From assembly GCF_009914755.1 (NCBI RefSeq), contig NC_060926.1: a DNA stretch of 64,000 bases; one strand, written 5' to 3'. A model generated the notes under the pieces. That model saw nothing but the letters and a program-made list of their open reading frames with translations, had not been told where the DNA came from and did not search any database. Shown here in pieces: positions 32,221 to 60,173 of this stretch. The translations under genes and the position numbers were made by a program. The stretch is from the human T2T-CHM13v2.0 reference genome, Homo sapiens. Position 1 is the first letter of the stretch. Each line of letters opens with the position of its first letter.

Positions 32221-33132
32221 TAATTTTAAAAAGGATGTACTTATTAGATAAGACAAGAAACAATACTATTTTAACCCACAAAAAATAATACACACGAAAG
32301 AAAAAGATTAAGAGAGACAGAAAATAATACAGTGGTTACTAGGGTTTGGAGGGAAGAATGAATAGTGGTTATTTTTAAGTCTGTGTACAGACTTTCGGTC
32401 TAGGATGATGAAAAATTCTGGAGCTGATGGTTATAGAGCAAAGTCAATGCGCTTAATGCCACTACTATACATTTAAAAATAGTTAAAATGGTGTATTTCA
32501 CATTATATATATTCTAACATAATAAAGAATTTTTTAAAAGGATTAACATAAGAAAGTTTTATAATTCTTCATTCTCAATAATTCAAAATTTCTACTTCTA
32601 TAAGGAAGATATATCATTATATAAACTCATATTTCTTTCAACACTATGAATGAGCATATTATATTATATTACATCAATCAAAGAATATAATTTGATTAGC
32701 CAAACATCTAAAATACGTCTGGAAATATGATATTTTCATTTTAATACATAAAACTTTGAATTTTTTTGTTTCCAGAATCCACCTAACAATTAGAGGATAC
32801 TCATCCAATCTGCAAATGACAGACTCTTGATATTCTTCTTATTCCTTACTTTCATCTTCATTGCCACATTAATTGATTTGGGCTAATTCAAGAATTTTTA
32901 ACAACTCAGAAAATGTCATGGAGTAAGAGTTCTCACAAACTATTCTGATACTACTTAATTAGAAGAATAAATTTAAAATTTTGGACAAGAGCCGGTTTTC
33001 TTATATCATCTTCACTCACTTAACTGAACAACTTAAAATATGACCGTCCTTAAAGAAACTAATACATCTTTAAACTTTGAAAAAACGTATCTATACCCCC
33101 TTCCTAACAGACAGTTAAAATTAAAAACTTAC

Positions 33133-33276
33133 AAAAGCAGCATGCTTTCCGCGAAGTCCTCTTGTACACTGTTGTCTCCATGGCTTCCAAATAATAAAGC
33201 CCAAAAGGTACAAAACAAACATAGATGTTTTTGCAAAGGTGCTGAAGAATGGTTTGTTGTACTGGGTAAAAACATA
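33133..33276 (-). CDS. SLC35F5: SLC35F5 coding exon 4 ([16 protein letters not shown]...GKHAAF)
   Basis: acag| acceptor, |GTAAGT donor, 144 nt, phase 0-0. Confidence 0.95.
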
Positions 33277-33570
33277 CTGTAGAGGAAAAAGTTACACAGA
33301 CAACTCTGAGATGACCTTAAACCTTATTACTCATCTCCAAAATAAAGTCACTACATGATTTTTAACTCTTCAGAAGTTCACTTGGAAAGAAAAAGTCAAA
33401 GCGATTACAAAAGTATTTTAGATCCATTTCTGAAGACTGTATCGGCCTTGCACACAGAAGGGCACCACCAAACAAAGCAGCAACAGCTGCTAAAAGAAGT
33501 TGGGTTTACCATTCGTTGGGACCTACCACGAAACAGTGCCTACACTAGGAGCTAAAGAAAAGTAAGACAG

Positions 33571-37037
<3,467 letters not shown>

Positions 37038-37872
37038 TCATAGGATACAATGCCAATGTCAATATTTACTTAGCTACAATATGAGACCTGAGTATTAAAC
37101 TGCTTCTTTTGAAAATTAGGTTCATTTTATAAATGCCAGTTTCCTGCTGTATATTCGCCTTAAAATTGCAACGTAGAAGTTGAAATGCAGACTTCTGAAA
37201 ATAAAAGTTGCTTTTTATAGGGATCATTAACCAAGCAGAATAAAGTATACAAGTAGAAAGAAAAACTAGCTTGCAAATTCAAAATGCCACATTACTACCA
37301 ATAGGTCATCAATAAAGACACAATTTAACTGAAGGAAACTGTCAAGATACAATTTAACTGAAGGAAAATTATGAGGTATACCATGCATCTTATAATAAGG
37401 TTTGAGTCAGCAAGCATAAATGTGGATGCAACCACTCATGGGCATTGTAACAGTGACCTATACATGAAAACTCATTATTTTTACTCATTTGTCCAAAAGC
37501 ACTCTGAACCTTCTACTAAATGGTGACATTGTTTTGCATCCTGACAGTTATTTCACTAGAAAATAATATTTACAGAAAGAATTTGAATTTAGAAAAAAAG
37601 CCACGAGTTACACTTTCAAATGTAAGAAAATATGCATAGTCTCTCTAAGTAACCCTCCCTAAAAGATACAAGAAAACTGTATGAAACAATAAAAAGGATC
37701 ATCCTTTCAGTTTTAACTTCAAGTGGCAATAATTCAACGTTTTTTAAAAATTCAATAGTATTTAAGATACTGCTTTTAGAAAGCAGGAGATTGTAACGGC
37801 TAGAGTTACTACAGGTTAAGAGTTAACATTGTGGCTGTAATGTAACATCATTCCTGGACCAAAGGTACATAC

Positions 37873-38014
37873 CGAAGTAAGTTCAGAGGAAGCAACCCAT
37901 ATCACATCAACAAGCAGAAGAATAACAATCCCAAGAGCCATTCGCCTGCGCTGAGTGAAACCACTGTTCTGGGAATTCATTCGGTTCATGACAAATACAC
38001 ACACCATTTGCAGT
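37873..38014 (-). CDS. SLC35F5: SLC35F5 coding exon 3 ([12 protein letters not shown]...[11 protein letters not shown]; first TM helix)
   Basis: aacag| acceptor, |GTATGT donor, 142 nt; overlaps ORF 37816..38007. Confidence 0.95.
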
Positions 38015-38161
38015 CTGTTTTTTAGAAAATACAGATCACATTAGAGATGATTTTAGAAAAACAACCATTAAAAATGAGAACATTAGTATAACAGAAACAT
38101 TTGACTTTTGTTAGCTAATGTTCAGTGTGAAAGTTACATAGAGGATAAACGTGGAATCTAC

Positions 38162-38252
38162 CTTGTCTTAAGAGCCCTTCTGAGATCCTCAAGAGCAATG
38201 CCGGAAAACTTGGCAGATCTCAGTCTAAAAGGAGGTGAAGAACTCAGCACCC
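38162..38252 (-). CDS. SLC35F5: SLC35F5 coding exon 2 ([29 protein letters not shown])
   Basis: ttttag| acceptor, AG|GTAGAT donor, 91 nt, phase-compatible with neighbours. Confidence 0.92.
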
Positions 38253-39077
38253 CTAAAAACAACCATGAAATTATGCTATGAAAACGTGAATAACTCAAGG
38301 TAAGATTCATCACATCGTTTTTTACTCTTCATCTTCAAACTCAAAGCAAATCAATGAAAAGGACCAAAATGTGTTAAACATACTTGCCACCTTTCTCAGT
38401 ACTTTCATGGTATCCACTGCACGCTTCAGATTATACTTAGAGAGATACGCGATACGGGGCGGGCAGGGAGGGGGAGTAATATACAACATACGGCACATTT
38501 AAGAACAGTTAACTACCAGAAAATAGCTTCTCTGAGTTTCACAAATACGGAACTCCATTCACCTCTCCATCCAGAGGAATCCATCCCTGGGGACAGCGTC
38601 TAGACACTGTTTCTAAAAGTGTCTTTTCTGTCCCTGATCTGCTGGAGTGGAATTTGGTTATCGGAGAGTAAGTGATTTGCTGTGGGTCTTGAAGGCACCT
38701 TTCCAATCTCTTCAAGTGGTAAAAGAAAAGGATTCTCCATGCTCCTCCACCCACCTCTATCAAAACATCCAGTCATTTTAAAAGAAACAGCTGGGAAAAG
38801 AAATCATCCTTCTGTTTTGGAGCGGGGAAGACAGTTAAGGCAGCGACGCCTCCCCGGGGAGCCGAGGCGAGGGCGCACGCACGGCTTCCTCAATTGCCAG
38901 CGGTGGGCGCAGGGCTCGGGCGCCCCTGTCAGCTCCCGCTCCCTCCGCCCCTAGAGACCTTCACGGTTTCGGTCAAGGCGCTCCTGCTGCCACCGAGGGC
39001 AGGAGGTGGTGCTGCTGGTGGGCACTCCGTCTCGGTTTGGGCTCCGGTGATGTCGGGGCCCTTCCCTGCCTGCCTAC

Positions 39078-39117
39078 CTGGCCTTCCTGCCCCGCGATGG
39101 CGTCGTGGCGGCACCAT
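39078..39117 (-). CDS. SLC35F5: SLC35F5 coding exon 1 (MVPPRRHRGAGRP-G), start codon
   Basis: ATG at 39117 inside CpG island; donor CAG|GTAGGC; 40 nt; matches recalled N-terminus of SLC35F5. Confidence 0.93.
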
Positions 39118-39432
39118 GAGCGGACCGGTCAGGCCCCGCAGCCGCCCAGCGCCACGGCCGCGGCCTCGGACTCACAGAGCTGTCACCGCGCCTGACATCG
39201 CGCCGCACTGGAGGCCCAGCTCCTGAAGACGCGGTGCCCCTCAGGGAGAGGCTCCCGACACCACCCAACTCCACTCGGCCCAGGAGGGCGTGGAGCGGGT
39301 GAGGGGAAGGGACGGCACAGTCAGCTATGGCCGCGGAGGCCCGGAGATCTGCTCTGGCCCCGGCCCCGCCCCCGGCTTGCCCTCCGCGCGGCCCCGCCCC
39401 CAGTCCCCAGCCCGGAAGCGGTGGCGCGCGGG

Positions 39433-39440
39433 TGACGTCA
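39433..39440. promoter_or_regulatory. Palindromic CRE (TGACGTCA), CREB/ATF site
   Basis: Perfect consensus in the CpG-island promoter. Confidence 0.7.
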
Positions 39441-39789
39441 TAGGGGCGCGACGGCGGACTGCGCGCGGTCGCGTATGCAGCGAGGCTTGGCGGAGCTAGG
39501 GGAAGTAATGCGAGGCTCTGGGCGCCGAGCGAGGGCTCGCGGCGGCGAGGCGAAAGAAGAGAGAAGATAGGAAGAAGGGAAGTAGGGCGAGGTGGAGGAA
39601 GAAGAGGAAAGCGAGCGTGGGTGTCTGGGGCAGAGCAAAGGACGAGGGAGTGGCTAAACCTCCGCCCGCCTTAGAACGAAAGCTGGCCGTTCCGTTTCAC
39701 AAACTGCGAACCTGAAACTTCGGATATCCCTTTCTCGATGACAGCCGAAACGCAAAGTGGCTTAGAGTACTTTTGATTCTTGAAACCTT

Positions 39790-40300
<511 letters not shown>

Positions 40301-40551
40301 CCAAATGTTGGCAGTTATTAAACTGTATAGATTTGTTCCTTAAATATTTTGACTATTCCATGAGAAAGGTTTGTCCAGCATCTTGATTTCTATCTACAAA
40401 ACAAAAACAAGACTAAAGGGTTCAGTAATTTAACATCTTGGTCAGATGGCGTGAAGAAATTAAATTTTCTTACTCCTATAGTCGCGATGTAGTGTACCTC
40501 TTACCTTTTAAGTCTCGTTTCAGTGAAGTTGAATGCATATTCTAGCAACTA

Positions 40552-40989
<438 letters not shown>

Positions 40990-41814
40990 CTACTTGGTAT
41001 TACTACTTAGGGGAAATTTGGTTGCAGACATTAATCACATTAGTCTGGCACCAGTTTGTTTTTTATTTCATTAGCATTCTTTAGGGTATCAGCCCATAAT
41101 ACGCCTAAGAATTCTTTATGCTACATATTTGATGTATAGTCTTAAAAAATAAGAGCATTATAAATCTCTCTCAGAATCTAAGAGTCAGGAAAGCTGGATA
41201 CCAATGCTTTATCTGACTACAACTTGTTATGTAATCCTGAGGATCATTCCACTCTCTACTGTGCCTTAGTTTCTTCTATAAATATGGGTTTCTGAATTAA
41301 AATATTGTAAATGATAGTACTTTGTTAAGTTACCATTATTACCACCTGTTTCCAGACCATCTGTTAAAGGACAAGCTGTGGATATTCTTGTAACGGATAA
41401 AGTAATTCTGGCAGACTGTCTTCAGCGAGTCTCAAAACATAGTTCAACTTCCATTAATGTCTTTTCCCTGGGTTCTTTAAGGGAAATTCCACTGGACTGC
41501 TGTAACATAGGCCCTAGTGTGTTTCTGTGCTTTGGCACCATCCTGAGCATCTCAGGCATTCCTTTTTTCATCCTTATTTCTCTGTGTTACCCAAGGCTAA
41601 ATCTTCAGCTGTATAATTTCAAAGATAAGTTCCACAAGAGCAAGGATTTTGGTCTATTTTGTTCTTCACTATTATCCTCAGCATCTAGAATAGTGCTTAC
41701 TATTCTCTAGCTGGCAGTCAATGTTTGTTCAATGAACTTGAACATCCTGCTGTCTCTTGATCTTTTCCTCATACTTAATTCCTTTCTGAAGTCTCCATTT
41801 CTGTCATTTAGTAG

Positions 41815-42573
41815 TGAGAAAAGAAAATTATTTTTATCTGAGGAATGTAGTTATTTTAAACTGTCAGGCCCAGAGGGACATTAAAAGGAGACAACAATCA
41901 CATCCTACTTCTCCCTTGTGCTATGTATTCATCTCTTGAAACTACTTGCTTATGCCACAAGTAGCTATAAATTAACCTAATGTCCCATTGGACAGTATAA
42001 CCCCCATCCTATAGCTTAACAATGTAACCAATCACTAATAAATGTTATTTCCATAAACCAATAAGAATTTCTGTACACAACGTGGTATCAGCCCACTCCT
42101 TGTTCCCTTTTTTGCCTTTAAAGATTCCCTTGTGGGCCAGGCGCAGTCGCTCACGCCTGTAATCCCAGCATTTTGGGAGGCCGAGGCAGGCGGATCACGA
42201 GGTCAAGAGTTCAAGACCAGCCTGACCAACGTGGCGAAACCCTGTCTCTACTAAAAATACAAAAATTAGCCAGGTGTGGTGGCACGCACCTGTAATCGCA
42301 GCTACTCAGAGGCTGAGGCAGGAGAATCTCTTGAACCTGGGGGTGGAGGTGGCAGTGAGCCGGGATGGTGCCATTGACTCCAGCCTGGGCAACAGAGCGA
42401 GACTCTGTCTCAAAGTAAATAAATAAATAATAAAGATTCACCTGTGGTGGCTGCTAATGGTGTGTATATTCAAGGCAACTTGAATATATGCTCCTAGGTT
42501 GCAATCTTCAAGCTTGACCCAAATTAACTCTACTTATATTAATTTTGCTTCAGCTTCTTCCTTTTAGGTCAAC
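41815..42573 (+). mobile_element. ERV1 MER4-group solo LTR interrupted by AluS (42135-42432)
   Basis: TG...TTAGGTCAACA termini; Alu with TSD-like TAAAGATTC. Confidence 0.7.
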
Positions 42574-42946
42574 AGAGTAGCACTATTTTTCTAAGTCCCA
42601 CAGGCTTAATCTTTTAATTTTATTAATTTCCTCTTTACTCTTCAAAGTCGATCACTCTTGAAATTTCTCAATAGCAGGCCCTGAAGATACATAAGGTGTT
42701 AAGTTCAATGCCTTCCAAAATAATCCCCCAAAATACACTCTAGAGAATATAATTTCCCCAGTAAGGTGCATGTGTCACAGTGTGAATACAAAAGCAAAAT
42801 CATATGTGTGTACAGGGCAGTCACTAACTGCCATATATCAGTCTCAAATAGTATAATTCAAATCCCAGCCCTAATAAAGTTATAAATGACTATATCTTGA
42901 GTCTTTGGGGGTATAAATTAATAATTGAAACAACCTATAATAATTC

Positions 42947-43398
42947 TGTAATTCCAAGAGCAGAAATAAATGGAGAACACTCAAATGAGTACAAGCAAAG
43001 GATATTTATTCAAAGCTTGCTGTAGCAAAGCAGTCAGCCACCATCACTTGTGTTTTTCAGAGATCGGAAGGCAGGCAGGAGAGTGTGAAAGCTTTATAAT
43101 GTGAAAAAAGGAAAGACTTCAGGTATGCCCTGATTTGATGTTGCTGGCTGGAGGCAGGTTAAGTGGAAGCACGGCATCCTATGTGGTCAGTTGAGGATAC
43201 ATATTTGGCTTTCTCTGGTTGGTCCTAAGTTGGAAACAGGACAAAAACTAAGGAAACTGGCAGTTGATCAAGTCCTGGGATGATTAATGCAGAAATAGCT
43301 GTTGTCTTTCTGGACTAGTTCCTGGAGAGGTTGTAGGTCAGAGTTCTATTTTTATATATGTTCTGGTCATTGTCCATTTCTATATTCAGTCTGTCACA
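42947..43398 (-). mobile_element. ERV1 LTR (MER90-like)
   Basis: TG..CA termini; resemblance to recalled consensus. Confidence 0.55.
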
Positions 43399-43546
43399 AG
43401 AGTACTCTATATCATCTTATTTTCTGCAGTACCTACCAGAATGCTGGGCACATGATCAGCTTGACAAATGCTTGTTGATTTGATTTCCTTCTAAGATGTA
43501 ATTAAATGGATTGAGGTTGACAATTTTTAAAAATTATCGTATATAA

Positions 43547-43891
<345 letters not shown>

Positions 43892-44546
43892 ACCTTACTA
43901 CATTTTATGGAGTAAATCATGCTGTAGTGAACGTCATAAACTTGGGAGGTTCTGAGATATCTAAAGTATTAAGGGTTATTGCATGCAATCAAGTCATAGG
44001 TTTCAAGGGGTTTACTGGCAAGTTGGAGGAGTAATATATTCACAGAGATTTGAATAAAAGTTCCCAACATCCATAGAATAAGCATCCCTAGGCAGTGTTT
44101 GCTTGAAGGTGGCTGCTAATCAGTGTGTATATTCAAGGCAACTTGAATCTGTGCTCCTCGGTTGCAATCTTCAAGCTTGGCCTAAATTAACTCTACTCAC
44201 ATTAATTTTGCCCCAGCCAACTATGTACCCCACTTGTTGTCATGCCCATGAGGGGATGGACCAGAGTCCTGGAGTGACCTATTCAGGTAGATACTGATAG
44301 AGAAGACTTTTAAAAAGTGGTGAAATCTGAGCTTGATTTCAGTGATGGGTAGGATTTTAATAAGGGGGGAAAAGGATTTTTTTCCAAGTGAGTAAAACTA
44401 TGATGACCAAGACAAAAAAGGTGTGTTCATAGGCAAGTGTAAAACTGGTTTGGCATATATGTAGAGAAGCAGTGGGAAATAAGACAGGTCAGGTGAGTTC
44501 TGGGGAGACTGAAGCGTGCTTTGGAAACTAGGCAAGAGAGTTTTTA

Positions 44547-44934
<388 letters not shown>

Positions 44935-45089
44935 CTACCAGTGTGGTGGTATTGTGGAACTACTACAAAAGACATGAGGTCTGCCCTTAGGGAAATCATG
45001 TTATAGACAAAACTGATTATCAAATTGGGCAGGTATTTGCTAAGTTAGCAGATACCGAAACTAAATGCATTTCTCTAGTATCCTCCGTC

Positions 45090-45408
45090 AAAGTAATATA
45101 TTTTGAGGTAAAATACTTTGAGTTCTTTCAAGGCCCACTATCTGTCATGTGATGCCATACTAGAGTCAGGCTGAAATTTGGTGTCTTATTGCTACAAAAA
45201 GTGTGTTTCATCAGTCTTAAGATCTCTATTTTAATGTTAATGCTGGTCAGCTGTGCCTGAATTCCAAAGGGAGGAGGGTATAATGAATCATGTCTGACCC
45301 TCACTTCCCATCACGGCCTGAAATAGTTTTTCTGGTTAACTTTGGAATGTCCTTGGCCGAGAGGAGGGGTTGATTCAGTTGATCAGGGAATTTTATTTTT
45401 GGTTTACA
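45090..45408 (-). mobile_element. MER4-type LTR fragment
   Basis: Minus strand starts TGTAAACCAAAAATAAAATTC. Confidence 0.75.
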
Positions 45409-45751
45409 TCTCTTGGTACTCTATACCATGCTGCAAACCAAATCAATGGTGATTTTGAAAATGATCTCACTTGGGTATCACTTCCTATTGTATCTTGTTG
45501 TTGAAGGCATAATTGGTAGGGAATTGGATAAGAAAGCAAAAGGCCCATCTGACTGGCTCCTGAGCAATTTAAAATGGCACTGTCTATGCCCAACCTGTGC
45601 CTTCAAGCAGCTGACCAAGCCCCCTGCCAGATTAGTGGCCCATGCCAGCCAACTAGGGCATGGTAATGAGGAGCTCATTGACAGCCACACCCACTTCCCA
45701 ATGTGGTCTTGACCTCAGCTTCTAACTTGTTCCCTCATCTCCCATCTTTGG

Positions 45752-48801
<3,050 letters not shown>

Positions 48802-48876
48802 TTTGACTTCTACTCTGCTCCTGATATCAGATACCACTCACCCAGTACAACATTGGCTCTTTCTCGTAATTTGCAC

Positions 48877-49482
48877 TGAGGGAAACCAAAATATTTCACC
48901 CCAAAACAGAATTCTTTAACATATTTCAAGATGGCTATTCAGAAGGGCTGGAAATACGAGAACAGTTGAAAAGCTGTCTTTTTGTTGGGGAGAGTTGCAT
49001 CTGTAGAGAAAATCTGCATTGATATAGCCAGGCTTTCTCAGAGGCCCTCTCTTGTCCAAATCTAAGGAAGAGTAACTGAGAATCTGATACCTCTAAAGAT
49101 CTGCAAGAAATATTTACCATCTATTCTCTCTGAGGGCTGCTATCTGTGAGATTTCCTCTACATAACAAGACTATCTTTTCTAGCCAGTCCTCTTCTTCCC
49201 CAACTATAACCTATTTTGCCACCAAAACCTCTTTTGCCACAATCAAACCCTCCATTCTTTCTGTAAACTTAAGAGGTTCTATAAGCTTTTGTGCCCCATT
49301 TTCTGCTTGGGGTAATCACTCTGTGATTCTTTACATTACCATGCTGTAGTCTGCTGGCATGGGCCACTCAAATGGCAGGCAGCTTGGTACATGTTAATAC
49401 ATTTGTATGCCATTTCACCTATTAACCTGTCTTTCGTGAGTTGATTTTTCAGTGAACCTTCAGAGGGTAAAGGGGAAGTTTT
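48877..49482 (+). mobile_element. ERV1 LTR (MER34/MER39-like)
   Basis: TGAGGGAAACCAAAATATTTCACCCCAAAA start; GAACCTTCAGAGGG end motif. Confidence 0.7.
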
Positions 49483-49712
49483 GCACCAGCACTTAAACGC
49501 CTATCTGCTTCTTGTCACTAAGTGAACAACTCAGCCTGAGCCTCATACTCCCTGGGACCCTTCCCCAACCCCTGTGACCAGTGAACATCCCAGATTGCCT
49601 TAAGCCCCAAGGAAAAAGATTTGGAAAAAAAAAAGACTGAGGCCGTGATATGTGTAACATGTTATTAGATATGACTTTTCTTTTCTTCTGCTTTGAACAG
49701 AGTCCCTCAAAG

Positions 49713-50164
49713 TGTAGTGGCAGGACCAGCCCAAACTAGGTCTACTCTGTTGATAATAAAATGTTGAGTTACCTTATAGGTATAACAGAGCCAAAAACTG
49801 AAGGTCATGTTGCCTGGGCATGCACAGTAGAAAAAGCTTTGACCTTAACGATACCTGGAACCAACGATTTCTCTCCTCAGACCATCAAGACTGGGACATG
49901 ACCTGAACCTGAATGCCATAATTTGGTAAATGGTCAAATTTGAAGCCTTCCAATCAGACCCTGCCAAGCCAACATTTCCAAATCCCTTTGCCTTGCTCTC
50001 TGAGCCCATAAACTTGCCCCAAACTCCAAATCAGGGAGATGGATTTGAACTTGGCTCTTATCTCCTTACTGGCCAGTTTGTAATAAAGCCTTTCTTTTCT
50101 CAAAAGCCGGTGCCATGGTTATTGGCTTCCATGTGCATCAGGCAGCAAGCCTGTTTGCTTAATA
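49713..50164 (+). mobile_element. ERV1 solo LTR (LTR15-like)
   Basis: CAGGACCAGCCCAAAC start, AATAAA near 3' end; recalled resemblance. Confidence 0.55.
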
Positions 50165-51246
50165 ATGAAAGCACAGAACAAAAAATAGTTAGCAAATATA
50201 GTCATAGTGTAACGTGAGGTATTAGACTATCTATGTGGGACTTATAAAAAGTGTGTCTCAGCCAGCTTTACCATCAGCACAGCACGCATATCCAGCCTGT
50301 ATATGTAGACTAAGCACCCATAAGAGGAGTTGAAGAGATGGGTAAGTATGAATTTATCTGAAGAGTTATCACATGATCTGAATATCACTATCAGTATCCC
50401 CACAGGGATTTGGGTGGTATGCTTCTTCCCTTCTCAAGCCAAGCAAAGCAGGAGGTGGGCACTTTGAGAGAGCATACAAAGACCTTGGCATATATTCTCT
50501 CAAGTTTAAGGGACACTGGTGCCCCAGTCTTGGGGTGAGGCTACAGCTAGAGGCTACAGGAGGCTTGCTACACTGACAGCAGGATAAGGAAATGGAACTT
50601 GGATGGGAACGGCCTGTACTTCCAGGCAGGGCAAATGAAGATGAATTTCTCATGGGCCAGAAGTGGATCTTAGAGGAAAGAGCCATAATGGGTTTCTTAT
50701 GACATGAGGGATTCTGTCCACTAGGGCTGCCTAGAGGGATGCAGTACCCCTAACAGAGAATGACTCAATGGCCAGGTAAACCAGACAGGATCCATGTCCA
50801 GTGAACTCCAGGAAACATATTTCTCAGCAGAAACATCCTGTGAAAACAGAGATCTGTATTTGGAATATACCATATTTCCCAGCACGAGCATTCCATGAGA
50901 ACATAAATTTGCATTTGGTATTCCAGTAAAGATTTCACAACCAGATCTCTAGGAAAACAGCCCATATATGAAGTGTTTCTGATGCCTGCGTTATGATTCC
51001 ACGGTTCTTGACTCCCACCAAGGCCAACTTCAAGTTACTAATGTGATGTCACTGAACATGGAGTTGAGAAAAGATGCACAACAGAACATCATTATATGGA
51101 GTATTTCCACTCTGCATCTACAATTAGATATAAGTAAACTCAAGATAAGAGCATAGGTAATCATAAATGTGTTAAATTATTGGAGGTAATGAGTATTTAT
51201 TATTAATGAGTAGAATACATTTATTTAATTATAAGTTTATATGTAA

Positions 51247-53913
<2,667 letters not shown>

Positions 53914-54184
53914 ACCACCACAACCAAAAAAACATGCCCGAATAAATAAATAGACATTTATTAGTTATAGTCAAATTATCTCAAGTCAAGATGTAGCCAT
54001 TTATGAATTTACTGAAGACTTAATTGTGAACCTTTCTATCTCTGTGTAGCTGGGGCTCTAGCTTGAGTCTAATAATTCAATGGTATTGGCTGGTAAACTG
54101 ACACCTGTGGCAAAGGAAGACTGAGATTTTGCTGGAAAACGACTCATCCTAAGAAAGAACTAGGAAGCAATAGTGACCTATAAG

Positions 54185-54444
54185 AAAGCCTTGGTCCTTA
54201 GAAAAAAGGAGAAATTCTATGTAAAACATTGCATTGGTCTCATTCCTTTCGTCTCAGGCTTACTGAAGACCAGTGGAGAGAGGAAAGTAAGAAAGAAAGA
54301 GCTGCTTCCTTTGAAAATTTCTTACAGAATTTTCTTTCTTACTTTCCTCTCTCCACTTGTCTTCCGTGAGCCTGAGACAAAAGGAATGAGACAAATACAA
54401 TGTTTTACATGGAATTTCTCCTCTTTTCTAAGGACCAAGGCTTT
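54185..54444. repeat. Long inverted repeat, 114-bp arms, 32-nt spacer
   Basis: 54185-54298 vs reverse complement of 54331-54444: ungapped, 8 mismatches by manual comparison. Confidence 0.95.
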
Positions 54445-54611
54445 AAGAATACAACCCAAATCACAAAATAAGAACCACACAACCTGGAACCACAAGGTAC
54501 CATCGAGGTCACTGGTGGGAGTGCCCAGGTGGGCAATAACGATGCCAAGAGGTAGACTCTGTGGTCCCCCATAATACAGTGGCTTCATCCAGGAAGAGAA
54601 GGCCTTGGTAC

Positions 54612-55380
<769 letters not shown>

Positions 55381-55863
55381 AATAAAAATAAATTACTTTT
55401 TAAAAGAAGGCTTATATGCGAGAACATGTGAAGAGCATCTAGGGAATCCAGAAATAGTTGGAGGGAAAATAGGAGATCTGTGGAAGTCAGGCATTATGTG
55501 TGTGTGCAGGTGGGAGTGCAAACAGTGAAGCTAGAGCTACAGTTGCTACTATGAACTTGTACCCATTTGAAAGCCTGAGCAAATTCAGATTATAAGCAGA
55601 GGGCCCCTGAATAGTGCCCTTCCTATGAGCTGTCTGAGCTTTACAGTTCATTCACGAAAGCTCACTTTGTCTGGTACCCATTTGACTTTTGAGAGCCATT
55701 TGTCAGGTAGAGGCAGGGTTATGGTCTGAAGGCATGAAAAAGCCCCCACTCTCTTCTTTGATAAAATTAATTAGGTCATCAAAAGAGTCAACCTACTAAT
55801 ACTAGGAACCCTGAGAAAAAGGAGAATTTTATACTTGGTGACCCTGCAAACAACTGACCCCAT

Positions 55864-60173
<4,310 letters not shown>

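Larger units (their letters stand above)
38840..39560. promoter_or_regulatory. CpG island / SLC35F5 promoter and 5' UTR
   Basis: GC- and CpG-rich block in otherwise AT-rich, CpG-depleted DNA, spanning exon 1; GC boxes CCCCGCCCC near 39365 and 39392; ETS-like CCGGAAG 39412-39418. Confidence 0.92.

Noticed and set aside
37315-37367. 24-nt direct repeat AAGA(C/T)ACAATTTAACTGAAGGAAA; similar short doublets near 26780 and 35489
   Set aside because: Two copies only, consistent with ordinary slippage duplications; not CRISPR-like arrays
38682-39638. Several GC-rich ORFs over the CpG island
   Set aside because: Stop-poor GC-rich DNA; only 39078-39117 fits the spliced CDS
50200-51100. Apparently unique, GC-richer intergenic stretch with short ORFs
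   Set aside because: No recognisable protein similarity or exon structure; may be an old repeat that I cannot assign without a search
54173-54588. Near-identical peptides encoded on opposite strands
   Set aside because: Direct consequence of the inverted repeat; no evidence of coding
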